A stretch of DNA of 64,000 nucleotides from an uncultured Halobacteriovorax sp. (GCA_963972815.1 CAXAXS010000007.1:11675-75674), one strand, 5' to 3'. Positions 17,689-27,122 are shown, counted from the stretch's first letter. Numbers and translations are program-made. Notes: generated from the sequence alone by a model not told the origin.

Positions 17689-18491
17689 TGAAATTTAATT
17701 ACCGCCCAACACGTACTGAGGCATTTTTCTATGCCATTTTGATACAATTTTGTCTTTTTGGTCTGTACTTCGCTCATACTAATCTTGAATATTTTGAGTC
17801 AGTCTTTGTGGTTGAAGATGGTTTAGTAGAATGGCTTACTGTTGTCTGGCTTCTACTCACAGCAGGTCTATGCCTTAAGCGATTCGTGACCCTACAAGGA
17901 AAAAGGCCAAAGTTCTTTCTCGCTATGCTCTTAGTCTTTTCTGCCCTATTCATTTTTGGCGCCGGTGAAGAGATTTCATGGGGACAAAGACTACTTAATG
18001 TTGAAAGCTCTGAATTTTTCCAGACCCATAATGCCCAAGGCGAAACTAATCTTCACAACTTGGTAGTGAGCGGTAAAAAGATCAACAAGATGATCTTTGG
18101 CCTAACTCTTGGCATCCTCATCGCTATCTACTGCTTAATTCTTCCAACTTTGGCCAGAAAATATAAGCCAGTCATGAAGCTGGTTCAGAAATTCGCCATT
18201 CCACTTCCACGTGGCCGCCAAGTTGTGATGTACTTGCTACTTTTTCTACTCGTTGAAATTAATCCTTCGCCAAAACGTGGGGAGCTTATTGAGTTTGGCG
18301 GAACTTTATTATTCTTTTTAATGTTTCTTAATCCATGGAATAGAAGATCGTTCCAGCTCGAACAGAACAACCACCACCATGGTAAGCGCTACAATAATGG
18401 GCCAAGGAATAACCAAAGACGCGGTAACTATCGTCCACGTGCCAACCATAACAAGAACCAGAACTCCAAGCCTGCTACTTCAAATAGCTGA
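17688..18491 (+). CDS. hypothetical polytopic membrane protein with basic Asn/Arg/His-rich tail
   Basis: 267 aa with about 6 hydrophobic helices and a GEEISWGQR loop. The last 45 aa are NNHHHGKRYNNGPRNNQRRGNYRPRANHNKNQN. TAATG junction with the upstream gene. Confidence 0.55.
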   Translation: MKFNYRPTRTEAFFYAILIQFCLFGLYFAHTNLEYFESVFVVEDGLVEWLTVVWLLLTAGLCLKRFVTLQGKRPKFFLAMLLVFSALFIFGAGEEISWGQRLLNVESSEFFQTHNAQGETNLHNLVVSGKKINKMIFGLTLGILIAIYCLILPTLARKYKPVMKLVQKFAIPLPRGRQVVMYLLLFLLVEINPSPKRGELIEFGGTLLFFLMFLNPWNRRSFQLEQNNHHHGKRYNNGPRNNQRRGNYRPRANHNKNQNSKPATSNS

Positions 18492-18507
18492 AATTGCGAT
18501 TCCTATG

Positions 18508-18537
18508 CCTAGGTAAGATTTTCTTTACCTAGGTTTT
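18508..18537 (+). terminator. rho-independent terminator closing the lemA-to-17688 operon
   Basis: 9-bp stem cctaggtaa / ttacctagg with an 8-nt loop, followed by tttt. Begins 17 nt after the stop at 18491. Confidence 0.6.
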
Positions 18538-18562
18538 AAAAAGCTTAGCTATAATTGGTCCT

Positions 18563-19492
18563 ATGAAAAGTTTAATACTCTTAATGCTTTTTTCCACTCC
18601 TCTTATAGCTTCCACTCTTGGGGAAGCGCCAGGAGTATCAGACAACCCCTTTCCCATTACATGTTCGGTAACTCATAGTGACTGGCTATCAACAGTAAGT
18701 TGTATCGACCAGTTGACGTCTGAACAATACAGCCACAGTGTTGAGCCTATTCAACTTAATGATCTCATCGCACGCCTAAGGGAAAACGGCGCCGTTTTTG
18801 ATGAAGAAAGATATAACGGCCAACTAATTACAAGTGCCGTACTTCGTTCCGATGAAATGGGTAATTTTAAACCACTCTGTTTTGAGCAGATTCGCTACAC
18901 GTCCTCAGAGTTTAATCGATTATCTAGAAGTAGCAGTGATCTCTCGAGAGCTCGCGCAATTGCTACAGCTCTTAAAGATGCTGGCGTTTGCTCGCAAGCA
19001 ATTCAGCGGGACACTACTGGACTTAATATTGATGTCAGCAATAATGATCAACTATTGCAACACTTCCTCTGTATCGCTAACGGTGAATCGACCTTTGGTC
19101 GCGGCGCCGATAATATCGGAATGGGTGGACGCGGACCGTTTGGCATTCATCCAACTGAGCACACTGGTCGAAATGGAATTTGCTCAGGACTAAGTCCAAT
19201 TGTCACCGCCGAAGAAACAGCCTCTGCCAAACGCAACAGAACAAAAGCCCAGCGTGGAGCTTCTTATGAGAACGCGACGGTAAGGCGAGAAAATGCCAGA
19301 TGTGCCCTTAGGCTCTACAGCAGAAATAATTACCGCGACTGGGGAAGATCAAACACCAGTTGGGGTACCAATCACGAATGTTCGGCCTCACAACGAGCTC
19401 GCTTCAATTTTGAAAGACAGCTAGGTGAAGCTGCTTGCTGTTCTGAAGCCTGTAAAAGACGAGTTCGTGGCAATAGAACAACATCACTTTAG
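18563..19492 (+). CDS. hypothetical secreted protein (weak lysozyme/SLT-like hint)
   Basis: 309 aa. Signal peptide MKSLILLMLFSTPLIAS. The segment NGESTFG...GGRGPFGI loosely resembles the E-S ... G-L-M-Q core of lytic transglycosylases. Cys/Arg-rich C-terminus. 4-nt convergent overlap with folA. Confidence 0.45.
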   Translation: MKSLILLMLFSTPLIASTLGEAPGVSDNPFPITCSVTHSDWLSTVSCIDQLTSEQYSHSVEPIQLNDLIARLRENGAVFDEERYNGQLITSAVLRSDEMGNFKPLCFEQIRYTSSEFNRLSRSSSDLSRARAIATALKDAGVCSQAIQRDTTGLNIDVSNNDQLLQHFLCIANGESTFGRGADNIGMGGRGPFGIHPTEHTGRNGICSGLSPIVTAEETASAKRNRTKAQRGASYENATVRRENARCALRLYSRNNYRDWGRSNTSWGTNHECSASQRARFNFERQLGEAACCSEACKRRVRGNRTTSL

Positions 19493-19974
19493 GCCAATTC
19501 AAAAACTTTCAAACACCAGCCAGGAGATTTCTCTTTTGGTTGGTGAACTTCACTAGAGACTTCCTTCCAGCGATCAAGATTAATGTCGGGAAATACAGCG
19601 TCCGCCTGCCCTTCAAAATCCACGTAACTTATATACAGTCTTTGCGCGTGCGGCATAAAGAGATTGTAAATCTCAGCCCCACCAGCAATGAAAACTTCAC
19701 TCTCGCCCCGCTGAGCGCATAGCTCAAGAGCCTTAGAAGCGGCATCAACACTATCGACACCGTCCATTTTTTTTCGCCCGCGCGTAAGCACAATTGTTTT
19801 TCTGCCAGGCAGTGGTTTGCCAATACTCTCAAACGTTTTACGCCCCATCACTAAGTGATGGCCCAACGTTGTCTGCTTGAAATGTTTGAAGTCCTCTGGG
19901 ATATGCCAAGGAATTTTTCCTTCAAAGCCGAGCTCGCCGTTTTTTCCAACTGCAGCAATAAGTGAAACGATCAT
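19489..19974 (-). CDS. folA: dihydrofolate reductase
   Basis: 161 aa. MIVSLIAAVGKNGELG..IPWHIPEDFKHFKQTT.GHHLVMGRKTFESIG is the classic DHFR N-terminus. Lies 31 nt downstream of thyA. Confidence 0.9.
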   Translation of the reverse strand: MIVSLIAAVGKNGELGFEGKIPWHIPEDFKHFKQTTLGHHLVMGRKTFESIGKPLPGRKTIVLTRGRKKMDGVDSVDAASKALELCAQRGESEVFIAGGAEIYNLFMPHAQRLYISYVDFEGQADAVFPDINLDRWKEVSSEVHQPKEKSPGWCLKVFELA

Positions 19975-20005
19975 TAAGAATAACTCCCGAAGTGAAGATC
20001 AAATG

Positions 20006-20800
20006 TCATACAGCGACTTTGCCCTTGATGTGTGGATGTGGGTCATACCCAACCAGCTCAAAATCTTCGAAGTTAAATTCAAAAATATCTTTTACATCAG
20101 GATTAATTTTCATCTGCGGAAGCGCTCGTGGTTCACGCGACAATTGCAACTGCGCCTGCTCGATATGATTGGAATAAAGATGAGCATCACCCATAGTGTG
20201 CACAAAATCCCCAAGCTCATAGCCACACACCTGAGCAATCATCATAGTAAGAAGCGCATAAGAAGCGATATTAAATGGTACGCCTAAGAATATATCGGCC
20301 GAGCGCTGGTACAGCTGACAAGACAACTTATTATTGGCGACATAAAACTGCATGAATGAGTGACACGGCGGCAGCGCCATCTTATCGACATCGGCCGGGT
20401 TCCAAGCCGTCACGATATGGCGACGGGAATCAGGGTTTTTCTTAAGCCCTTCAATCAATTGTTTAATTTGATCGACCTCTTTTCCATCCGGTGTTTTCCA
20501 GTGGCGCCATTGATAACCATAGACTGGGCCTAGATCACCTTTTTCGTCGGCCCATTCGTCCCAAATGGAAACGCGATTCTCTTTTAGAAATTGAATATTG
20601 GTATCACCTTTTAAAAACCACAAGAGCTCAACGATGATCGAGCGCAGATGACATTTCTTGGTTGTGACAAGTGGGAAGCCTTCGGCCAAATTATAGCGCG
20701 CTTGATAACCAAATACTGAACGCGTGCCAGTGCCGGTGCGATCACTTTTGTCAGCACCGTTTTCTAAAACGTGTCGCATAAGATCTAAATATTGTTTCAT
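20006..20800 (-). CDS. thyA: thymidylate synthase
   Basis: 264 aa. [26 protein letters not shown], the catalytic LPPCH, and DAHLY...Q motifs of ThyA. Confidence 0.95.
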   Translation of the reverse strand: MKQYLDLMRHVLENGADKSDRTGTGTRSVFGYQARYNLAEGFPLVTTKKCHLRSIIVELLWFLKGDTNIQFLKENRVSIWDEWADEKGDLGPVYGYQWRHWKTPDGKEVDQIKQLIEGLKKNPDSRRHIVTAWNPADVDKMALPPCHSFMQFYVANNKLSCQLYQRSADIFLGVPFNIASYALLTMMIAQVCGYELGDFVHTMGDAHLYSNHIEQAQLQLSREPRALPQMKINPDVKDIFEFNFEDFELVGYDPHPHIKGKVAV

Positions 20801-20867
20801 GAATGTCTCCGGGCGTGTGTGTATTATAATTCTGGCAAACCAGCGACAGCTTGTCTAAACTTGCTGC

Positions 20868-22055
20868 ATGACAATTAAACTAGGCTTAGAAAAACTTATT
20901 TCCGACAAAAAGACTCAAGACTTGATCCTTGGTCAATTTGGCTATCTCTGTCACAGCGCCAGCGTTGATCAAAACCTTGTCCTCGGGGTTGAAAGCCTCA
21001 TTAAGGTTTTTGGTCAGCGCCTCCATAAAATCTTTGGACCACAACACGGCTTCGTTACTGACGTCCAAGACAATATGGTTGAGACGCACGATTTCAAACA
21101 TCCCTATTTTAATCGCGTCATTCACTCGCTTTATGGTGAAACCAGAATCCCAACCGATGAGATGCTTGAGGGACTAGAGACTATCGTGGTTGACCTGCAA
21201 GACGTTGGCACTCGTGTATACACTTATATTTCGACTCTTAATCTCTTGATGGAAAAATGCGCGCAAAAAGGCATTCGCGTGGTGGTGCTCGATCGCCCCA
21301 ATCCTGCCCGCGCCGATATAGTCGAAGGCACAGTGCTTGATCTTAAATGGAAATCATTTGTTGGTCAGCTTCCCATCCCACAACGCCACGGCCTCACCAT
21401 GGGCGAAGTCGCCATGTTTATTCGAGATGTGATGAAAGTTAAATGCGATGTTCATGTCGTCACTATGGATGGCTATAAACGCGCCATGACCTGGGAAGAT
21501 ACAAATCGTCATTGGGTTAATGCCTCGCCTAACCTTTCCACGCCGAACTCTTGCTTGAGCTTTCCTGGGACCGTTTTGTTTGAAGGAACAAAACTATCTG
21601 AAGGACGCGGCACAACTCGTGCGCTTGAAGTTGTCGGTGCGCCAGAGATTGAGCCATTCTCACTGCTAAAACGAATGAATGAAGATTTAAAAAAATGGAA
21701 TTTCGAAGGCGTTGTCCTTCGCCCGCAAATGTTTTGGCCCACCTTTCAAAAGCACGCTGGTAAATCCTGCGGCGGATTTCATATTCATATTACTGACAGC
21801 TCTAAAGCTTTGGGTTGGCGAGTCGGCCAATACCTGCTTAGAGTTTTTCATCAGGAACTTGGAAAGGCTTTTGAATGGCAGGATGCTGCTTATGAGTACG
21901 AGTTTGATAAGTCGGCGATCGATTTAATCAATGGTACGGACAAGCTGCGTCAATGGGTTGAACAAGACGGTACACTCGCGTCTCTACAAGAGCTTGAAGC
22001 CTTAGGCATGAGCGAATTTATGCGGGCGCGAAGCAGCATTCTCCTTTATTTATAA
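20868..22055 (+). CDS. DUF1343 family protein (NamZ-like exo-beta-N-acetylmuramidase)
   Basis: 395 aa. GLEKLISDK..., PQHGF..D, and VDLQDVGTRVYTYISTL match my recollection of DUF1343/GH171. Confidence 0.65.
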   Translation: MTIKLGLEKLISDKKTQDLILGQFGYLCHSASVDQNLVLGVESLIKVFGQRLHKIFGPQHGFVTDVQDNMVETHDFKHPYFNRVIHSLYGETRIPTDEMLEGLETIVVDLQDVGTRVYTYISTLNLLMEKCAQKGIRVVVLDRPNPARADIVEGTVLDLKWKSFVGQLPIPQRHGLTMGEVAMFIRDVMKVKCDVHVVTMDGYKRAMTWEDTNRHWVNASPNLSTPNSCLSFPGTVLFEGTKLSEGRGTTRALEVVGAPEIEPFSLLKRMNEDLKKWNFEGVVLRPQMFWPTFQKHAGKSCGGFHIHITDSSKALGWRVGQYLLRVFHQELGKAFEWQDAAYEYEFDKSAIDLINGTDKLRQWVEQDGTLASLQELEALGMSEFMRARSSILLYL

Positions 22056-22143
22056 TCTGTTAAGTTGCCAATCACCTGTGCGTTTGAGCATAATTGTCCA
22101 GAAACTTAAATAAGACTCATGGATAAATTAGAGGAGCGTACTC

Positions 22144-23292
22144 GTGAAACTACTTGGGATATTAATCGCCTTGTTATTGACCGCTGGTTGTCAGGACAAA
22201 AAAGCAGACTCAGCAGCTGCCCAAAAATCTGAAAACGAAATCACCATTGGTGCCGTCTTCGCAATGACAGGTCCAATTGCTTCTTATGGCCAAGAGTCCG
22301 TTAACGGAATCAAGATGGCCCTTGAAGAAGTCAATCAAACTCCAATCAACGGCAAGACCCTTAAGGTTCTTGTTGAAGATAACAAAGGTGAGCCAGTTGA
22401 ATCGGCAAACGCTGTTCGAAAGCTTATCGATATCAATAAAGTCGACCTCATTCTTGGCTCTGTTGCTTCATCCAACACACTTGCTTCAGCACCAATTGCT
22501 CAAGCTGCGAAAGTTCCTCTTCTCACTCCTGCCTCAACGAATGAAAAAGTGACCATGACTGGAGATTTTATTTTCCGTACATGTTTCACAGACAATTTCC
22601 AAGGTGTGGTCATGGCCAAGTTTGCCTTCACAACACTAACAAAGAGAAAAGCAGCCATCATCGTCGACAACTCTTCAGACTACTCAAAAGGTCTTCAAAA
22701 AGTTTTCAAAGAAGAGTTTAACCGTCTTGGAGGCGCCGTTATCCAAGATAACTTCACCTACACACAAAAAGACACGGACTTCAGATCTCTACTTACTAAA
22801 GTTAAGCGCGCTGATCCAGATGTTATCTTCCTTCCAGGTTATTATTCAGAAGTTGGACTTATTCTTAAGCAAGCTCGTTCAATGGGAATGGAAATGCCAA
22901 TCCTAGGCGGCGACGGTTGGGACTCTCCAAAGCTTCAAGAACTTGCTGGTCCACAAGGCATCAAAGGCAATTATATCTCATCACACTTCTCACCTGATGA
23001 TGTAGACCCACGTGTACAAAAGTTTGTAAAAGACTACATGGCCCGCTACAACGAAAAACCAGGTGCCATGGCCGCTCTTGGCTATGATGCAGTTCTCGTG
23101 ATTGCTGATGCACTTAAGCGTGCCGGTTCAGCTGACTCAGCGTCACTTCAAAAAGCACTTGCAAACACTGTTGGCTTCGAAGGCGTGACAGGAGCAATTA
23201 CTATTGATGCAAATAGAAATGCTCAGAAGTCTGCGGTTGTTTTGGAGACGACTGCAACTGGCAATATCTTCAACCAAAAAGTTAATCCTTAA
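22144..23292 (+). CDS. livK: branched-chain amino acid ABC transporter substrate-binding lipoprotein
   Basis: 382 aa, GTG start after GAGGAG. Lipobox LLTAGC. Type I periplasmic binding protein signature (IGAVFAMTGPIASYGQE ... FLPGYYSE). Confidence 0.85.
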   Translation: MKLLGILIALLLTAGCQDKKADSAAAQKSENEITIGAVFAMTGPIASYGQESVNGIKMALEEVNQTPINGKTLKVLVEDNKGEPVESANAVRKLIDINKVDLILGSVASSNTLASAPIAQAAKVPLLTPASTNEKVTMTGDFIFRTCFTDNFQGVVMAKFAFTTLTKRKAAIIVDNSSDYSKGLQKVFKEEFNRLGGAVIQDNFTYTQKDTDFRSLLTKVKRADPDVIFLPGYYSEVGLILKQARSMGMEMPILGGDGWDSPKLQELAGPQGIKGNYISSHFSPDDVDPRVQKFVKDYMARYNEKPGAMAALGYDAVLVIADALKRAGSADSASLQKALANTVGFEGVTGAITIDANRNAQKSAVVLETTATGNIFNQKVNP

Positions 23293-23305
23293 TTTTTTGA
23301 CTTCT

Positions 23306-23333
23306 AAAAGCGCACTACGGTGCGCTTTTTTGT
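23306..23333 (+). terminator. intra-operon terminator/attenuator hairpin between livK and livH
   Basis: Stem aaaagcgcac / gtgcgctttt (GC core gcgcac/gtgcgc) with loop tacg, followed by a T run (23326-23332). Starts 14 nt after the livK stop. Confidence 0.65.
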
Positions 23334-23357
23334 TTAACATACTTAGTGGGATTCCCA

Positions 23358-24257
23358 ATGTCAGAAGAAACGGCTTATCTTATTTCCGACTTTTTTACCT
23401 ATCTCCTCAACGGAGTGGCCCAAGGTAGTATCTATGCCCTAATCGCTCTGGGCTACACCATGGTGTACGGGATTATTAAACTCATCAATTTTGCCCATGG
23501 TGAGTTTTATATGATCGGTGCCTTTATTGGTTATTTCCTCATTTCAAGTGGCCTTCCACTTTACATAGCACTTCCTGCGGCCATGATAGGCTCAGGACTA
23601 GTAGCAGTTAGTGTAGAGAGATTGGTCTATCGCCCCATCCGCTATGCAGGCAGAATCCCTGCACTAATTACCGCTCTTGGAACCTCACTCTTTTTTCAAT
23701 ATCTAGGTCAGGGAACAATCGGCGCCGATCCAAAAGCTTTCCCAACAGCTTTCGAAAATACTACTTATCAAGTTGGCGATGTTTTCATTTCAAAAATTCA
23801 AATTGTTATTTTCCTCGTCACCATGGTGCTTATGACAGGCCTTTGGTACGTGGTTACCCATACAAAAATTGGTAAGGCCATGCGAGCCACTTCATTTAAT
23901 ATGAACGCCGCTGAGCTCATGGGTATTAATACCAACAGAATCGTAAGCTTCACTTTCTTTGTTGGTGCATCACTTGCCGGTGCGGCCGGTGTTCTGGTCG
24001 GAATGTACTACAACACGGTTGAACCGATGATGGGACTTATACCAGGACTAAAAGCCTTCATCGCAGCCGTTCTTGGTGGTATCGGCATTATTCCAGGTGC
24101 TGTACTAGGTGGCCTCACACTCGGTATCGCCGAAAATATGGTCGTAGGCTTTTGGATCTCAACTTATAGAGATGCTGTCGCCTTCGCCATTCTTATTCTT
24201 ATATTACTGGTTAAACCTGCAGGACTCCTGGGCACCAACCGCAAGGAGAAAGTATAA
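23358..24257 (+). CDS. livH: branched-chain amino acid ABC transporter permease
   Basis: About 299 aa from the ATG at 23358 (the ORF track starts at a GTG at 23346). LivH-type sequence GSIYALIALGYTMVYGIIKLINFAHGE. Confidence 0.85.
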   Translation: MSEETAYLISDFFTYLLNGVAQGSIYALIALGYTMVYGIIKLINFAHGEFYMIGAFIGYFLISSGLPLYIALPAAMIGSGLVAVSVERLVYRPIRYAGRIPALITALGTSLFFQYLGQGTIGADPKAFPTAFENTTYQVGDVFISKIQIVIFLVTMVLMTGLWYVVTHTKIGKAMRATSFNMNAAELMGINTNRIVSFTFFVGASLAGAAGVLVGMYYNTVEPMMGLIPGLKAFIAAVLGGIGIIPGAVLGGLTLGIAENMVVGFWISTYRDAVAFAILILILLVKPAGLLGTNRKEKV

Positions 24258-25135
24258 TGGATTATTTAATTTATCTAACCATTCAAAGTGGTATTTTTAT
24301 TATCTTGGCCGTCAGTCTTAATTTAATTAATGGAATCTGTGGTCAGTTCTCACTTGGACACGCGGGTTTTTGGGCGGTCGGTGCTTATGTCGGTGCTGCT
24401 TATAGTGTTTTTGCTCCCCTACCTGTTCCAGACTTTGTGAATCTCTTTATTGGCTGTGGACTTGGTTTCACTGCTGCCGCTATTGCAGGACTTGCCATTG
24501 GTGTTCCATGCCTTCGACTTCGTGGTGACTACCTAGCCATTGCAACTCTCGGCTTTGGTGAGATTATCAGAATCATCATTATGAATATGGACGCCGTTGG
24601 TGGACCTCGTGGCTTCACTGGTATACCTGCTTGGAGTAATTTCTTCTGGGTCTATCTCTGGGTCATCATCACGATTGTATTTGTAGTGAACCTTCTTCGC
24701 GGAACTCACGGCCGAGCGATTATCTCTATTCGAGAAGACGAAATTGCTGCCGAGAGCATGGGTATCTACACTTTCAAATATAAAGTCATGGCCTTCGCAG
24801 TCGGTGCTGGTTTTGCTGGAGTTGCGGGTGTCCTTTTTGCTCACACCACTCAATTCATCCACCCAAACAGCTTTAACTTTATGTGGTCTGTGATTATTCT
24901 TCTTATGATCATCTTAGGAGGACTAGGCTCTGTTACTGGTGCCGTCGTTGGCGCAGTTATCCTCTCTATCCTGCCTGAACTATTACGCTTTTTCGGCGAA
25001 ACAGTTTCGGAGTGGCGAATGGTTATCTACTCAATGCTACTCATTTGCTTAATGCTAATGCGTCCGTCTGGAATTTTTGGCAAGCATGAGCTCGATATCA
25101 AGAAACTTCTTGGTATGAAAAAAGGAGACGCATAA
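24257..25135 (+). CDS. livM: branched-chain amino acid ABC transporter permease
   Basis: 292 aa. GQFSLGHAGFWAVGAYV is the LivM hallmark. TAATG junction with livH. Confidence 0.85.
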   Translation: MDYLIYLTIQSGIFIILAVSLNLINGICGQFSLGHAGFWAVGAYVGAAYSVFAPLPVPDFVNLFIGCGLGFTAAAIAGLAIGVPCLRLRGDYLAIATLGFGEIIRIIIMNMDAVGGPRGFTGIPAWSNFFWVYLWVIITIVFVVNLLRGTHGRAIISIREDEIAAESMGIYTFKYKVMAFAVGAGFAGVAGVLFAHTTQFIHPNSFNFMWSVIILLMIILGGLGSVTGAVVGAVILSILPELLRFFGETVSEWRMVIYSMLLICLMLMRPSGIFGKHELDIKKLLGMKKGDA

Positions 25136-25920
25136 TGAGCACTCCCGTTTTAGAAACTCAAGGCATCACCATGCGCTTTGGCGGCTTGGTTGCCGTCAAT
25201 AATTTCTCACTTCAGCTAGGGGCTACTGACCTCGTGGGAATCATTGGTCCAAATGGTGCCGGAAAAACCACCATCTTTAATATGATCACTGGCATTTATA
25301 CGCCAACGGAAGGGCGTGTTTTTCTTGATGGTAAAGACATCACTGAACTTCGCCCTGCCCATATTACTCAAAGTGGGATCTGTAGAACCTTCCAAAACAT
25401 TAGATTGTTTAAAGACTTAAGTGTTCTCGATAATATTCGCTTGGCCGGTCACTTTAGAGTCGATTACGGAGTCATGTCCTCTATTTTTAGAACAAAACAA
25501 TATCACGTTGAAGAAGCTAGACTTGTTCAAGAAGCTGATAAGCTGCTCGATATTTTTGGACTTAAATCTAAGAAAGATCACCTGGCAAAAAATCTTCCTT
25601 ACGGCGAGCAACGTAGACTAGAGATCGCGAGAGCTCTTGCGACGAAACCAAAGGTTCTTCTTCTCGATGAGCCAGCGGCTGGGATGAATCCAAAAGAGAC
25701 GGCAGACCTAACTAAACTTATTCGTTGGGTGCGCGATGAATTCCAAATCGCTATTCTTTTGATTGAGCACGATATGAGTTTAGTCATGAACGTCTGTGAG
25801 CATATTCACTGCGTAGACTACGGCCAACTTATCGCCAGCGGCGGACCAAAAGACATCCAATCAAATCCAAAAGTAATTGAAGCCTACCTCGGCGCAGACG
25901 CTGTAGCGGAGACTAAGTAA
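25135..25920 (+). CDS. livG: branched-chain amino acid ABC transporter ATP-binding protein
   Basis: 261 aa. Walker A GPNGAGKTT, signature YGEQRRLEIARAL, Walker B LLLDEPAAG. TAATG junction. Confidence 0.9.
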   Translation: MSTPVLETQGITMRFGGLVAVNNFSLQLGATDLVGIIGPNGAGKTTIFNMITGIYTPTEGRVFLDGKDITELRPAHITQSGICRTFQNIRLFKDLSVLDNIRLAGHFRVDYGVMSSIFRTKQYHVEEARLVQEADKLLDIFGLKSKKDHLAKNLPYGEQRRLEIARALATKPKVLLLDEPAAGMNPKETADLTKLIRWVRDEFQIAILLIEHDMSLVMNVCEHIHCVDYGQLIASGGPKDIQSNPKVIEAYLGADAVAETK

Positions 25921-26633
25921 TGAGTACGATTTTAGAAATTAAAGATTTAAATGTTCATTACGGTGCCATCCATGCCATTCACGGCATCAACCTAAAAGTC
26001 GAAGAAGGCGAAATCGTCACACTTATCGGCTCTAATGGTGCTGGAAAAACTACTACTCTCCATACCATCTCAGGGCTGCTCAAGCCGACATCAGGTGAAA
26101 TTGTATTTAAAGGCCAGCCGATTCAAGGCTTACCGGCCCATAAGATTGTGGCCCAAGGCCTAGCACAATCACCTGAAGGACGAATGGTTTTTCCTGACTT
26201 AACTGTTGGCGAAAACCTAGAGATGGGTGCGTTCCTCAGAAATAATAAAGCTGAGATCGCCGCCGATCTCAAAAAAATGTTCACTCTTTTTCCTAGATTA
26301 GAAGAGCGAAGAAAACAGCACGCTGGAACTCTTTCCGGTGGAGAGCAGCAAATGCTTGCGATCGCTCGCGCTTATATGGCGAAGCCAAAGCTTTTACTTC
26401 TTGATGAGCCCTCTCTAGGTATTGCACCAATTTTAGTTCAGGCTATTTTTGATGCCATTGTCGAGATTAACCGCTCGGGGATGACCGTTCTTTTGGTCGA
26501 ACAAAATGCCTATGCAGCACTCAAGATTGCACACCGAGGGTATGTTTTAACTACCGGTGAAATCGCTATGCAAGGTCCATCGGCAGAATTAATATCCAAC
26601 GAAGAAATCAGAAAAGCATATTTAGGACATTAA
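25920..26633 (+). CDS. livF: branched-chain amino acid ABC transporter ATP-binding protein
   Basis: 237 aa. Walker A GSNGAGKTT, signature LSGGEQQMLAIARA, Walker B LLLDEPSLG. TAATG junction. Confidence 0.9.
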   Translation: MSTILEIKDLNVHYGAIHAIHGINLKVEEGEIVTLIGSNGAGKTTTLHTISGLLKPTSGEIVFKGQPIQGLPAHKIVAQGLAQSPEGRMVFPDLTVGENLEMGAFLRNNKAEIAADLKKMFTLFPRLEERRKQHAGTLSGGEQQMLAIARAYMAKPKLLLLDEPSLGIAPILVQAIFDAIVEINRSGMTVLLVEQNAYAALKIAHRGYVLTTGEIAMQGPSAELISNEEIRKAYLGH

Positions 26634-26636
26634 TTT

Positions 26637-26846
26637 ATGACTATCTCTTACGAAGAAGCAGTTAAGAAGTTACAAAAAGCAGTAAAAACGTCACATATTG
26701 ATAATCAAAAACATATCGATTTGACGCTGGTTGATCCTAGTCAACGAGCTGATCTGCAAAAAGCACTAATGTTTGTTAAAGCTATGATTGTACGTGGAGA
26801 GATCAGCGACTCCCAATTTAAATCTGATGTAGGACTTGAGGCGTAA
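26637..26846 (+). CDS. small hypothetical protein (69 aa)
   Basis: ATG 3 nt after the livF stop, with AGGA 9-12 nt upstream. Helical, Lys/Asp-rich. No family recognised. Confidence 0.45.
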   Translation: MTISYEEAVKKLQKAVKTSHIDNQKHIDLTLVDPSQRADLQKALMFVKAMIVRGEISDSQFKSDVGLEA

Positions 26847-27065
26847 ATGGCAAAATGTAGGTTCTGCAGCAAAGAAATTACCTGGATGAAAGAAGGCAAA
26901 AAAAATGTACCTGTTGAAACAGATGGTACAGTTCACGACTGTGAGATTTTTGCCAAATCAAGAGCAAGTACCAAGAATATCACTCCTGGCTCCCTAAGCC
27001 CTGAGGAGATTGCTCGTTACGAAGGCGCCATCAATGACGAGGCGCAAAAGAAAAAGAAGCGCTAA
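26847..27065 (+). CDS. small hypothetical zinc-ribbon-like protein (72 aa)
   Basis: The ATG abuts the previous TAA, with GAGG 5-8 nt upstream. C4-x2-C7 ... H30-x-C32 arrangement and a poly-Lys C-terminus (QKKKKR). Confidence 0.45.
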   Translation: MAKCRFCSKEITWMKEGKKNVPVETDGTVHDCEIFAKSRASTKNITPGSLSPEEIARYEGAINDEAQKKKKR

Positions 27066-27122
27066 CCCTGTAATTATCACTATCCGCTTGGCTTAGTGTG
27101 ACAGGTGGGGGAAATTTCCTTC

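Noticed and set aside
18834-19193. 119-aa plus-strand ORF nested in 18563..19492
   Set aside because: It is an alternative frame of the longer signal-peptide-bearing ORF and has no independent start signals.
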